DNA of 64,000 bases from Octopus vulgaris. Taxonomy: Eukaryota. Below the pieces are notes generated by a model, which saw only the letters and a list, made by a program, of their open reading frames with translations, did no database searches and was not told the DNA's origin. A program made the translations under genes and the position numbers. Location: positions 23,126,001 to 23,190,000 of the forward strand of contig OX597818.1 in the NCBI GenBank assembly GCA_951406725.2, given 5' to 3'. Positions 1 through 12,789 of the stretch are shown here, in pieces. The number at the start of each line of letters is the position of its first letter. The first letter of the stretch is position 1.

Positions 1-1171
1 GTCGATTCAGCTGAAAATATGCACACCTATGTTAAAAGTGCTGGCAAGTTTGCATGACAACTATTTTTTTCCTCAAATGAAAGGCGTCACCTCTAGGACA
101 AAATTCCTCATCTTATAAAATGTGGCCCCAGTAGACCCGAATGAAATCGGGTTATATTAACCAAAATGTGAAAAGTGGTCTAAATGGTGCTGGAAGGGGA
201 TTAAAATTTCAAGGAGCGGGTGTTTAGGAATTCTCTGTTACATCAAGCTAAAAAATTTGTGCCAGCCTTTTAATCGTCAATGTGTTGCCGTCCATGATAA
301 AGAAGTTTTGAATGCTTGCCATGGTGAGTCTACTGTCATGAGAAAGAATCACTTCAAAACTTGGTGTTTACGAATTTTCTTTTACATCAAGTTCAAATTT
401 TTACGCCAGCCGTTAAACTGTCAATACGTTGCTGTCCGTCGTTAAGAAATGCCGGCCATGGTGACTCTACTATCCTCAGATTCTATCCCTTCAAACTTTG
501 GTTTCCAATATTTTATTATTTTTATTCAGCTCGCAAGTTCGTCTGTCCCTTTTAAATGTTAGCGTTTTGCTGTCTGCCTTGAAGCAGACCTTTCCGTTGC
601 CACTGCCTGATATTTATGATTGATCTTTCTAAATATTTTATTTCTCAACTTACTCAAGATCTTCTGTTGTTTATAAATGGGAGAGAGATAGATAAAGATA
701 GAGAGTAAGAGAAAGCGAGGGAGAGTCCGAGAGAAAAGAAAAGTAAGAGAGTGGGAAAGTGAGAGAGAAAGGAGAGAGAAACAAAGACGGAGAATCATCA
801 TCATCATCATCGTTTAACGTCCGTTTTCTGTGCTAGCACGGGTTGGACAGTGTGACCGGGGTCTGGGAAGCCAGGAGGCTGCACCAGGCTCCAGTCTGAT
901 CTGGCAGTGTTTCTACAGGTGGATGACCTTCCTAACGCCAACCACTCTGTGATTGTAGCGGGTGCTTTTTTCGTGCTGCCGGCACAGGTGCCAGGGGGGC
1001 TCGTAGAGGCAACGATCGGTTGGTGCTTTTTACGTGTCACCGGCACAGAAGCACGTCAAGGTGGCGCAGCAATTGGCCACGTTCGGATGGTGCTTTTTAT
1101 GTGCTGAAAAGAAGCAACAGAAAGTAACAACCACACTCTTACCCGCGCATAGAGCGGGTCACCTTCAGCTA

Positions 1172-1172
<1 letters not shown>
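1..1172 (+). mobile_element. Non-autonomous Helitron-like element, 3' part (two ~144-bp internal repeats at ~219-506; SINE inserted at ~796-1110)
   Basis: Ends in hairpin ACCCGCgcatagaGCGGGT (1141-1159), then CTAG (1169-1172) followed by T, the canonical Helitron 3' terminus. No 5' end is visible in the window. Confidence 0.55.
796..1110 (-). mobile_element. SINE 3' portion with (GAT)n tail and internal GGTGCTTTTTACGTG repeats
   Basis: Reverse-complement homologue of 14121-14491 (GGAAGGGCATCCAGCTGTAGAAAC...CCCATGCTAGCA...GACGTTAAACGATGATG). Confidence 0.75.
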
Positions 1173-1211
<39 letters not shown>

Positions 1212-1402
1212 TTGTGTTTTTGTGTGTGTGTTTATACCCCCACTATTGATTGGCAACTGATGTTGCAGTGTTTACATTCCCATAGATTTCGTCAAAATAC
1301 ACTGTTAGAATAGGTACTAGGCTTACAAAGAATAAATCCTGTAGTTGAATTTTTTCACATGACTGAAACAAGTAAAACAATAAAAAAACTATGCCATTTT
1401 AA

Positions 1403-1431
1403 TCCCGAGCAAGGCCGGGTATCTCTACTAG
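1403..1431 (+). mobile_element. Helitron 3' terminus
   Basis: CCCGagcaaggcCGGG hairpin, then CTAG|T; same motif as at 10055, 13216 and 50867. Confidence 0.65.
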
Positions 1432-2994
1432 TAAACAATAACTGGTTTTGCTGAAATGGCTTGGGTGGGATTATAAATAGCCTTATGTAAACTATATTTA
1501 GTCACATAGAAATCTACTGTAAACATATTGTCAAAAATGAAAAAGGAAAAAAAGAAAACTAAATGAATAAGTTAAATATTACTAAATTGTATTGACAATT
1601 ATTTGGTCAGTTGCATATTCAAAATATCTTTGTAGGTTTAACAAAATAATATTTGACAAAATCTCTTTTAAGCAGCTGAATTATAACAAAACAACTTTAA
1701 AAACGAATTTATTTGTTGTTGATTTAGGAAACAATGCTATCTTTTTGTTAACATTGCTAGATTTACCTGTTAAAAGAAGATTGTTTATAGCTTTAGCATC
1801 AAATTATAAAACAACAAATTCAAGGCTAAATTTGTTTTAAATAATAATGATGATAGTGGTAGTGTTGATGGCAGTGGTAGTGGCTATGAAGTGGAGAAGT
1901 GTGGTGGTGATAGTTCAGTTGGTGATGATCAGATAAATGAACCTTTGTCAAATTCCTTTAACCAGGCATAAAACTGATTTTAGCAGAGTATTTGGTTAAT
2001 AAGATCAATTGACACATGTTTCCTTTTCCCTTTGCCATTTAATATTCTACTTGTTTTATGTTTAAACTGACCAGATCCAACCTCTCACACTTACCCTACA
2101 ATGTCATTCACAAAATATACAAACACACCATTGAAACCTTGAAGCTACCAGATAATGTGTGATTAATTAAAAAATATGTGAATAAATAAGTATTACATTT
2201 GAAAGAGTAATCTGAATGCTAAAGGGCTAAACACAGAGGGCTGAAATACTCAAACAACCATAGCAAGATTTAAGTTCTCCATCCATTCATCCAAGTCAAG
2301 CAACTTTCCTGGAACCAAGGTAACTCTTCCACACCAGATGGCCAATCAATCCCTAAGGCATGAACGTTTAGCCTGAGTTATAGTCACATTGATCTTTTGC
2401 TAGTGTAAATATCTCATCTGAACATACCACAACTACAGATAACTGAACTGGTTAATCCTGCTGTCTGTTCATCCATTCAGCATGTAGTGATATTTGCCAT
2501 TGATTCAATAAGTGCATTTGTTGAAATAGTTCACATCCACCATGCTGCATCCCATAATTTCAATGTACACTGACTCAAGTCATTACATGTTATTTAACCC
2601 ATGGCTGGAACCTGACAAGTGTTGTTACTCCGGGGTCAGAGTAGACTGGGAACAAGTAGTAGCTAAGAGGTGGTTTCACACTCCTCAAAACCCAAGAAAT
2701 CCTGAACCAGGATCCCACTACAGGATGCAGTTCAAAGTCTGCTCTTCTTGTTGCCAACTCCCATCTGCTTCTATGCAAGGTAACATTTTCCCACCATAGT
2801 CTGAATGTCTTCATGGAAGACTGCAAACAAATATTACCATTTTATGTTGGTTGTATGAAGTCTGTTTAGAGTTTGCAAGTGCACGTGTGCACACACACAC
2901 ACATGCACGCACGCACGCACGCATACACACACACACACACACACACACATACACACACACATTTCCATCAACAGTTTTGATACTTGCTGAGTGG

Positions 2995-3252
2995 AAGGTA
3001 TTCATAAGCCATTTAAGATATGCACAAAATCCGTTAGATTCACTTCAACATTTGAATTTAATTTGTCAAAATATTTTTACCACTTTGAGACCGTGACCTG
3101 TTCACTGACAAAATTCCAAGATGCAGCATGGAATTTTGTGAGTGAACAGGTCGCAGTCTCAAAGCAACAAAAATTTTTTTTGCAAATTAAATTTAAATGT
3201 TGAAGTGAATTTAACAAATTTTGTGTGTTTCTTAAATGGCTTATAAACACCT
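2995..3252. repeat. Imperfect ~260-bp palindrome (fold-back/MITE-like)
   Basis: Arms are reverse complements around ~3124, so ORFs 2991+ and 3077- give near-identical peptides. Confidence 0.8.
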
Positions 3253-3332
3253 TTGACGCTGCAATTGTTTTCGTTCCAGCACACAATCTCAGATCAGGTC
3301 ACTTGCTATGCAAGTACATCTCCATAGTTTTG

Positions 3333-3466
3333 ATACTATTGTGACTCAATCCTATTGTGACTACAACACTATAGTGACTACAATACTATTGTGACTATTG
3401 TGACTACAATAATATTTCAAAACTATAGTGACTACAATACTATTGTGACTATTGTGACTACAATAT
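3333..3466. repeat. Minisatellite of ACTATTGTGACTACAAT-type units
   Basis: Directly visible tandem units. Confidence 0.85.
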
Positions 3467-4788
3467 TTTCGAATACAAGCACAAGGACACACACTTGAAG
3501 GAAGGAAACTGCCCATTGTAATGACAGTATCATTCAAGTACTTGAATGGTACTTTATTTCATTGATCCCAGAAGGATGAAAGACAAAATTGATTTTGGTG
3601 GGATTTGAACTCAGTATTGAAAGAACTGAAACAAATCAAATAATAACAACAACAATCATAGTAATGACATGATGGTTGTGTTGGTGGCAGATGTTTAAAT
3701 GAATCCTTATTAATACACTACATAGGCATGACAGTGTGGTTTAGAATTTTACTTAGCAATCATGTAGTTTTGGGTTCAGTCCCACTGCAAAGCAGTTCAG
3801 GCAAGTATTTTCTACAATAGCCCTGGTTTACCTGAATTTGGTGAATGGAAATTGGAAACAAGCCCATTGTGTGTGTGTGGGGGGGGGGGGTGCAGATTGT
3901 AAACAAACCTCACCATCATATATGCAGTAATGTTTGTCTGCAATCTTCAAGGAAAGCATCAAGACTCTGGCAAGAATATTATCTTGTTTGGAAAAAGATG
4001 AGAGTTGGCAACAGGCAGATCAGAAGAGCATCCATCCACAGAAATTCTATATCAATGAATTTTGTTTGACCCATGCAAGCATAGAAAAGTAGGCATTAGC
4101 ATGATGATGATGATGATGATGACAACTGATAGTAGTTTCATAAGCTTATCTTGTTACATGATGACAAGACAGGTGCTATGGCTCCAAAGCATTCTCCAAA
4201 GGTGCTTATTTTATCTTTCACTCATTACAGATTGAGCAGATATCAAAGTGTTTATATCAATGACTATTATATTTTAACAAAAATATTTAAGTCTGTGTTT
4301 GTTCTTGGCTTTGAGTAAAATACAATACAGGAGGATCAGTTAATTATGATTTTATTCAACATATTCCCCTTTCAGATTCACACACTTATTGCAGTGGTCC
4401 TTAAGTTTTTCTAAACCTTTTAAAAGAACTCGGAAGGTTGGGCCTCCAACAAGGCCTTATGCAATACTCATAAAGCCAGGAACTTTTCAGCACCCCCTCG
4501 TACATACACACACATATCCACATTTGCACATAAGTAATTATACATATCTACATGAACATAAGCATGTGTTGGTAAGATAAGAATGTAACAGTGAAACTTA
4601 ACAAGATGTCTCAATTGTTATTTAATTTTTTAGTCAGGGTGATTTGACACCTCTTATATTTGCAGTGTTATCTTCATATTTCAGCAGTAAAAAAAAAATG
4701 ATTAATCCTAAAAGACCAAACTGTAGTTAAAGGAAAACATTAGAAATTAATCGATATTATTCCATAAACATTTTTGCATTGTACAGAC

Positions 4789-5077
4789 CAGTGCTACTCA
4801 AAGTGGTGGTCTGCGGACTGGTGCCAGTCTGTGAGCCATCAACTGTCAGAATGCAGCGTATTTCCAGAAAAGAAAGAAGCATTACAAAATACTTATGTAA
4901 TATTGTATTATTTGTTTAAAATAAATATAAGATAAAAAAAATTGTCAGCTTTTATTATATTCATTATATATATTGTTTCTGGTATAAATTAATATTACTA
5001 AGAAATATTACTGGTCCCTGGAACATTCGAAAAAAAAACTGCTGATATGCCACATCAGGTAGTTTGAAAAAGCACTG
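4789..5077. mobile_element. hAT (Charlie-like) MITE
   Basis: CAGTGCT...AGCACTG termini; degenerate 8-bp TSD GTACAGAC/GTGTAGAT. Confidence 0.65.
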
Positions 5078-5199
5078 GTGTAGATGACAGTTTATTCACT
5101 GCACCCTCTGTATATACATATATATGAACATATATATATATATATATATATTATACGTATATATATGTGCACACACACATACACACACACACATATATA

Positions 5200-5587
5200 T
5201 TCTTTTATTCTTTTATTTATTTCAGTTATTTCACTGTGGCCATGCTGGAGCACCACCTTTAGTCAAACAAATCGACCCTAGGACTTATTCTTTGTAAGCA
5301 TAATACTTATCCTATTGGTCTCTTTTGCAGAACTGCCAAGTTACAGGCACATAAACACACCAGCATCAGTTGTCAAGCGATGGTGGGGGGGGGGGGGACA
5401 AACACAGACACACAAATATACATACATATATATAAATACGATGAGCTGCTTTCAGTTTCCATCTACCAAATCCACTCACAAGGCTTTGGTTAGCCCGAGG
5501 CTATAGTAGAAGACACTTTCCCAAGGTGTCACGCAGTGGGACAGATCATGGAACTATGTGATTGGTAAGCAAGCTACTTATCACACA

Positions 5588-5592
<5 letters not shown>
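5200..5592 (-). mobile_element. tRNA-derived SINE, family A (internal microsatellite)
   Basis: Homologous to the intact copy at 34114-34527. Confidence 0.85.
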
Positions 5593-5640
<48 letters not shown>

Positions 5641-5659
5641 ACATACACACACACACATA

Positions 5660-6583
5660 TTGGGTCATCCTATAAATAATGTGGTTTTTTTATACTTCTT
5701 TTAATTTTCAAAATTGAGATAAATGAAGTTCTTTTTTAATCTAAAATATACTCTCCTTCATTTTCTACAAGGCCCTTCAATCTATCTGGTAGACTTGTAA
5801 GGCCCCTCTTCCAAAATTCACTTGTCTGTGATGAAAAATACTCCTCCAGTACTGTTCTGACCCCATCTACAGAGTTCATATTTTTCCCGTCCATATGAGT
5901 TTGTAGACTGCAGAATAAAGGATAATCAGATGGAGCAATGTCTGCCGAATATGGCAGGTGGGGCATCGTTTTCCAGTCAAACTGCTCCAGCCTTTTGAAT
6001 GCTATCCTCATTTCATGTGGCCAAGCATTATCCTGAAGGAAGAACACCTTTCATCTCGAAACCAAAGATGGTCATTTTTCTTTTAGCGCTGACTTGAATG
6101 ACTGGTTGAATGACCAAATCCAAGCTTCTCAGCTCATTCCTCAACAGATACGATGGTATAGTGTTCCACCAAGGTTTGCAGAACGTCCTCATCAAGCTCT
6201 ACAGACTTCCAGGACAATGCTCATCTTCTAGGCTGTAGTTTCCGGCTTGGCATTTCTGGAACCACTGTTGACATTGCATATATACTTATTGTCTGATTTA
6301 CATATACTGCATTGATATTCCTCACATTTTCTATTGCATTGTTGCTTTTATTGAACTCATAAAGCAAAACATGCTGAATATACTCCTTTGTCACTTCCAT
6401 TATAACTTTGAAAAAATAACTGTTAAAATCAAACAGCACTCTTCAAAACTTGCACTAAGAATAAGTACAAGGTAAAACTACTACCTGCTTTTATAACAAG
6501 TAGATGCAGGTACTTTATCCCATTCTCTTCTGACTTTTAGTTCATGCAATTGAAAAGACTGCATTATTTATGGTATGACCCAA
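5660..6583 (-). mobile_element. Internally deleted mariner DNA transposon with transposase pseudogene
   Basis: TIRs TTGGGTCATCCTATAAATAATGTGGTTTTT / AAAGACTGCATTATTTATGGTATGACCCAA, with TA on both sides. ORF 6221-6439 matches the mariner N-terminus (HVLLYEFNK). ORF 5736-6047 has QDNAWPH and PYSADIAPSDYPLF (D34D / YSPDLAP region). The central part is missing. Confidence 0.93.
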
Positions 6584-6834
6584 TATATATGATGGAGTTC
6601 TTTCAGTTTCCATCTACCAAATACATTCACAAAATTTTGGCCGGCCCAAGACTATAGTAGAAGACCTTTAACCCTTTAGTGTTTAAACTGGCCATATCCA
6701 TCCTAAAATATTCTACATGTCTTATATTCAAATAAACAATCATTGAAACCTCAAAGCTGTAAGATAATGCATGATTAATTAAAAACAATTTGAGCGAAAA
6801 ATTATTACATTTAACAGAGTAATCTGAACAATAA

Positions 6835-7046
6835 AGGCGGCAAGCTGGCAGAAATGTCAGCATGCCGGGTGAAATGCTTAACGATATTTTGTCTGTCTTT
6901 ACATTCTGACTTCAAATTCTGCTGAGGTCGACTTTGCCTTCCATCCTTTCGGGGTCGATAAATTAAGTACCACTTGCGTACTGGGGTCAATCTAATCGAC
7001 TGGCCCCTTACCCAACATTTCGGGCCTTGTGTCTAGAGAAGAAAAG
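6835..7046 (+). mobile_element. tRNA-derived SINE, family B
   Basis: GGCGGCAAGCTGGCAGAA head, TTCAAATTC B-box, GTCGACTTTGCCTTCCATCCTTTCGGGGTCGATAAA core. Confidence 0.85.
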
Positions 7047-7593
7047 AATCTGAACACTAAAGGTGCCACACAGGGCAACAGAAACAAGAACCATGTGGTT
7101 TGGAAGCAAACTTCTCACCACAATGCCATGCTTGTACCTGTGTGTGTGTGTGTGTGTGTATTTATTTTAAATGTATGTATATGTATATGTGCGTTTGTCT
7201 TTGTGTTTGTCCCCATCACTAACCATTTGACAGTGATTGATTTGTTTACAGTTACATAACTTAGTGGTTCAGCAAAAGAGACTCAACAAAAACATAAGTA
7301 CTGGGGTTGGTTTGTTTCATTAAAATTCTTTGAGACAATGCCCCAGCATGGCCACAGTCCACTGACAGAAGCAAGTAATAGAAGATAAAAGATATAAGCA
7401 TTCTAAAAACATATGGAAAATTTCACATAATAAGGATAATTCAATGTATTTTTATTTTCACATTAAATCTATTTTTTCTTTCATTTTTAAAGTCATTGAC
7501 ATGTGATGCCATGCAGTCTTATATCTTTTAATACATTATAATGATAAGTAAATGATAAATTTATAATGAATTTAAAAATAAATGTTCTTCTCT

Positions 7594-8010
7594 TTTACTT
7601 GCATGCAGTCATGCTGGAGCAACACCTTGAAGGGTTTTTAGTCAAACATGTCAACCTCAGGATTTATTGTTTTTAAGCCTAGTACTTATTCAATCAGTTT
7701 CTTTTGCTAAACTGCTAATTTCAGGGACGTAAACACACCAACACCAGATGTCAAACATATAGATACATATGCACATGTGCGCATGCACACACACATACAT
7801 ACATACATACATACATACTTACACACACACACACACACACATTTATATATATACACAACAGGCTTCTTTCAGTTTCCATATACTAAATCCACTCACAAGA
7901 CTTTGGTCAGTCTGAGGCTATAGTAGAAGACACTTGTGCTTGGTGCCATACAGTGGGACTGAACCTGGAACCATGTGGGAAGCAAGCTTCTCACCACACA
8001 GCCATACCTG
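7594..8010 (-). mobile_element. SINE family A
   Basis: Homology to 34114-34527; head-to-head with the copy at 8056. Confidence 0.8.
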
Positions 8011-8055
8011 CACTTAATAGTATATATTTTTTGCAATGTTTCCATCATACTATAT

Positions 8056-8163
8056 TTGGCTGTGTGGTAAGTAGCTTGCTTACTAACCACATGGTTCCGG
8101 GTTCAGTTCCACTACATGGCACCTTGAGCAAGTATCTTCTGAAAGAAGCCCGTCGTATATATG

Positions 8164-8235
<72 letters not shown>

Positions 8236-8449
8236 TGTGTGTGTGTGCATGCGCGTTTGTATCTCTGTGTTTGTCCCCCCAACATCACTTGACAACCAAT
8301 GCTGGTGTGTTTAACTTAGCAGTTCGGCAAAAGAGACCATTAGAATAAGTACTAGGCTTACAAAGAATAAGTCCTGGGGTCAATTTGCTTGACTAAAGGC
8401 GGTGCTCCAGCATGGCCACAGTCAAATGACTGAAACAAGTAAAAGAGTA
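8056..8449 (+). mobile_element. SINE family A
   Basis: GGCTGTGTGGTAAG head ... GACTGAAACAAGTAAAAGAG tail. Confidence 0.85.
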
Positions 8450-8802
8450 AGCCAATCAAAATGAAATTTTTTTTATATAAATCAAGAATAGACATTCATC
8501 CTTGAGAATGTGTTGGGGTAGAGTTTTCTACAACTTGATGTCCTTCTTGATATGAACCCCATCTGTTTCCAAATGAAGTAATAATTTCCTTTCCAGTCTA
8601 CAGAAAAACAAACAGCCCAGATATGCTTTCATGATGGACTGCAAGCAAATGACACTGTCTGCTTGACCAACAAGGCCATTTGCAACCAGTGATTACACGT
8701 GAAGATGAAACAAAATATGAACTCACACAAACACACACACACACATGCATGCATGCACACACACACACACACACACATGCACACACACACACACACACAC
8801 AT

Positions 8803-8878
<76 letters not shown>

Positions 8879-9626
8879 GCACCACATATATGTTCTTTTT
8901 TTTCTTTTATTCTTTTAGTGGTTTCAGTCATTGGACTGTAGCCATGCTGGAGCACCACCTTAACTTATTTTCTATTAGTTTTGTTGTCACTCTACGGCAG
9001 GAAATTGGTCTATGATTGAGTTTGTATTGGCTGATCTTCCCTGAGTGAATCCTTGAAAGTTTGGCTGGTGCAGTCTCATCATTAGGCATTTATATTTCAG
9101 TAGAGGTTCCTTTTATATTTCTGATTTCTTTAGGATAGCAGTTGAAGTAAGTTTTGGTAAGCTTATTCTTCATTCTATAGCATATAGTCAAAATGTTCAT
9201 ATGTGCTTTAAAAAGGTTATGATGCTTTTATTCCTTACTCTACTTTGATAAAGAGTTCACCTGGAACACGAGTCTACCTCTTTCCTTTTTTGGTATATAA
9301 TTCACAGTGCACCACTTTTCATATTAATATTTTTCATTGTGTTCACATTTTGTCTCCCACGTTTGAATTTTTATCAATCTGTTGTTACCTCTAATGTTGT
9401 CTAACTGTTGACCCCTGTCGCTTCTGTTGACATCAGTTCCCTCTTCCATTTTGCTTTGCCATGTCCATCAACAAGTCCCAAGGCCAAACACTAACAACAA
9501 CAGGCCTCCATTTCGGCCAACCATACTTCTCACACAGCCAATTATACGTCGGATGCTGAAGAGACAGATGCAAAAAAATAAATTTCCGTGTTCGCCAAAA
9601 GCCAAAACAAAAAATGTTGTCTGCCG

Positions 9627-10795
9627 TGAGGTGCTCTAGGCCATCCAACATACCACAGCTTCCCTACTGAACAGGTTTATAGTCAGTAAGTACTATTGTT
9701 GCCATTCTTTCAAAATTACCTTTTTTTATTTTGTCTGCTATAGTTTCTCAGTCTCCTTGCAGATGGCTTGAGTTTTGGCATCATTGTACCCACTGCTTTA
9801 CATATGAATGAAAAAGAATTTTTATACCTGTGAATGGTTAACAATCCTTTTCAGGGCTACTGTGAGAATGATAACATGGCCCTTGTCCATGGCTTTTCAC
9901 CCTATTGTTACTACTTTATTTATGTTCTATGGGAAAAATCACTTCTTCCTCAATGTCAATGTTTGCAACTTAATGCAAAAAATATTCACAGAGATGTACA
10001 ACAACAACAAAAAAAAAAGGGAGAGCCTATTAAGACCATTGCCGACTATTTAATACCTGAGCAACGCCAGGTACTCCTGCTAGTGTCATACTAAAATTTG
10101 AAACTTTAAGAATCTATTACACAGCTTCGTCTTCTTCTTCTTCTTCTTTTCCTCCTTCTCCTTCCCTCCTCCTTACATTAATTTGTATGCATGTGTGTGT
10201 GTCTGGTGTAGGGTTCAGGCAGAGTCTGTCTAAGACAACATTTATCTATTGTGTCATTTTTTTTTTGAGATTTGACTGCTTTTTCTTGCAGTTTGAATGA
10301 TCATGTAGAAATTCACTCACGTTAAAAACTATCTCTATGTAAAAATTCCCTTCTCTAATATAACAAGTATAACAAAGAAACTTTCATTTTTTTTAAAAGC
10401 AACATTTATCTATTCTGTCATCTTTTAAAGCAATGGTTTTAGTGAGATTTGACTGCTATTTCTTGCAGTCTGAATGATCATGTAGAAATTCACTAATTGT
10501 TAAACAATCATTATGTAAAAATTCCATTTTCTAATTCTATATATCAAAGAAACTTTCAATGAATAATTGCTCATCTGACACACAGCTGTTGTTAATAAAT
10601 TACATGTGAATGAGATATGGTCTCCTGATGGGTGACAATTGTGACTAAGATCTAACTTACAATTCCATTACATTTCCGAATCATACCAGCATAGGATAAT
10701 GAGGAAAATGAATATATATCACATTTGCCACTAAAAATCTCTGGAAAATTACTGGAGCTTTACATTACTATGAAATTGAGTTTAACCAACAGCTG
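9627..10795 (+). repeat. Source copy of a ~1.2-kb local duplication (second copy 12790-13986)
   Basis: Near-identical sequence; ORFs 9834+ and 13016+ translate almost identically. Confidence 0.95.
10055..10083 (+). mobile_element. Helitron 3' terminus
   Basis: ACCTGagcaacgcCAGGT hairpin, then CTAG|T. Confidence 0.65.
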
Positions 10796-10996
10796 CAAGA
10801 TGAGCAATTATTTATAGAGAGGTTCTTTTTTGCATAGAATTAGAGAAGGGAATTTCTACACAGAGATAGTTTAATGTAAGTGAATTTCTCCATGATCATT
10901 CAAACTGCAAGAAATAGCAACCAAATCTCACTAAAACCACATCGTATCACTTAAAAAAACAATGACACAATAGATAAATGTTGTCTTAGACAGACT
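10223..10996. repeat. Inverted repeat (arms ~10223-10590, with an internal tandem duplication, and ~10787-10996)
   Basis: AGTCTGTCTAAGACAACATTTATCTATTGTGTCATT at 10223 is the reverse complement of the sequence ending at 10996. Confidence 0.85.
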
Positions 10997-11087
10997 GTAC
11001 CTCAATCATCCCCCCACACACACACACACATGGGGGCACAGAAATCAAAGCAATAACAAAAACATAAGATAAAGTGAAATGTGGCTA

Positions 11088-11295
11088 GAAGAAGAAGAAG
11101 AAGAAGAAGAAGAAGAAGAAGAAGAAGAAGAAGAAGAAGAAGAAGAAGAAGAAGAAGAAGAAGAAGAAGAAGAAGAAGAAGAAGAAGAAGAAGAAGAAGA
11201 AGAAGAAGAAGAAGAAGAAGAACAAGAAGAACAAGAAGAACAAGAACAAGAAGAAGAAGGAGAAGAAGAAGAAGAAGAAGAAGAAGAAAAAGAAG
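11088..11295. repeat. (GAA)n microsatellite
   Basis: Long GAA tract; source of the poly-E and poly-R pseudo-ORFs. Confidence 0.98.
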
Positions 11296-11545
11296 GAGGA
11301 GGAGGGGGACGGAGGGGAGGGGACGGAGGAGGAGGGGAGGAGGAGGAGACGTGTAACTGAGTCTTTTACAAAATTTGAAATGTTGATTGCTCAGCCTTAA
11401 GTTTCAAGTTTTAGTATAACCTGTAGTCATAGTTTACATGGTTTGTCATCCTTCTACTCACCAACTGAGTAATACTTAGTGGTTGCCATGATAAAATATA
11501 CTGGGTATATTTTATCCAGGCAAAAAAAACATGAGAGAGTTTCCA

Positions 11546-11893
11546 GGCATAGGAGTGGCTGTGTGGTAAGAAGTTTACTTCCCAACCACACGGTTTGGTG
11601 TTCAGTCCCACTGCATGGTACCTTGAGCAAGTGTCTTCTACAATAACCTTGAGTGGATTTGGTAGATGGAAACTGAAAGAAGCCCCTCATATATATGAGG
11701 GTGTGCTGAAAAGTTCCTGGTTTTAAGAGTACCATGAAAGACCTGGTTGGAGACCCAGCCTTCTGAGTGACCAATAGAATAAGTAGAAGGCTTAAAATAA
11801 AACATACTGGGGACAATTCATTCAACTAAAATTCAGCAAGGTGGTGCCCCAGCATGGCCACTGTATAATGACTGAAACAAGTAAGATGAAAGA
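11546..11893 (+). mobile_element. SINE family A with an inserted mariner-MITE fragment (~11696-11765)
   Basis: Family A head and tail; GAGGGTGTGCTGAAAAGTTCCTGG matches the TIR of 18636-18851. Confidence 0.75.
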
Positions 11894-11895
11894 AA

Positions 11896-12126
11896 AGGCG
11901 GTGAGCAGGCAGAAATATTAGCATGCTGGGTGAAATGCTTAGCAGTATTTCGGCTGCCGTTACATTCTGAGTTCAAATTCAGCCGGGTCGACCATGCCTT
12001 TCATCCTTTCGAGGTCGATAAATTAAGTACCAGTTATGCACTGGGGTTGATGTAATCGACTTAATCCGTTTGTCTGTCCTTGTTTGTCCCCTCTGTGTAG
12101 CCCCTTGTGGGCAGTAAAGAAATAAG
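11896..12126 (+). mobile_element. SINE family B
   Basis: Homology to the 6835 and 46159 copies. Confidence 0.85.
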
Positions 12127-12287
12127 CCAAACGAAAAGATAAGGAGGCAGAGTGATGGGTGAGGCATGAGAGATAAGTGAAATAGCAGCATAACCTTCAC
12201 CTCCATCTTAGCATTAAGAATATGTGAAGTGAAAGAGCTGCAAACAGCGACATCCAGTCCAAAAATTGTTTCTGGACAATCCAAATA

Positions 12288-12428
12288 TAAGGTTGTCCCA
12301 AAAGTTCGTAGAAAGTCTTGGAAAATAATGGTCTTTATTTTGAGGAATAATTTTTGTTGTTTTTGTTAGTACTTGGCGAGTAAAAATTCAATTTTCGCAA
12401 GTGTTTACGAACTTTTGGGACAACCTAA
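12288..12428. mobile_element. Tc1/mariner MITE
   Basis: TIR AGGTTGTCCCAAAAGTTCGTA / TACGAACTTTTGGGACAACCT, with TA flanks. Confidence 0.85.
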
Positions 12429-12789
12429 TAGCTCCAGGAATCAGCGAATATTCAAGTTTATCTCATAACAAGCGAAACAATCTGCATTCAGGATAATTCT
12501 CAGTTACAACTATGATGTTGTTGGTAAAACATGTTCTTTGTCTATCTTCTTATCCTCTTGGAGATTTTTGGGTAAAATTATACTAATGTGTCCTTCTAAT
12601 TTAATTAAATTCTATGTCTTTGTGCAGCTGAAGATTGCTCTACATTTTAAATTGATATAATGAAATGATTGCATTGTACAATTAAATGGAGTCGCATGAA
12701 ACGATCGTACTGCATTACCTCTGGATATCCTTCTGGCTTATTTTGATATATATATATATATGTGTTGGTGGCATGTAAAAAGCACCATT

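Noticed and set aside
3333-3466. Short regular repeats (also the 40500-41550 arrays) as a possible CRISPR array
   Set aside because: No unique spacers, eukaryotic context, no cas genes
5736-6439. SETMAR-like host gene
   Set aside because: No SET domain; enclosed by TIRs and a TA TSD, with stops, frameshifts and a deletion
8598-9015. HT/CV/YI/MYVC-repeat ORFs here and throughout the window
   Set aside because: Stop-free frames of CA, TA and TATG microsatellites; no coding signal
11079-11360. Poly-Glu and poly-Arg ORFs
   Set aside because: Translations of a (GAA)n microsatellite
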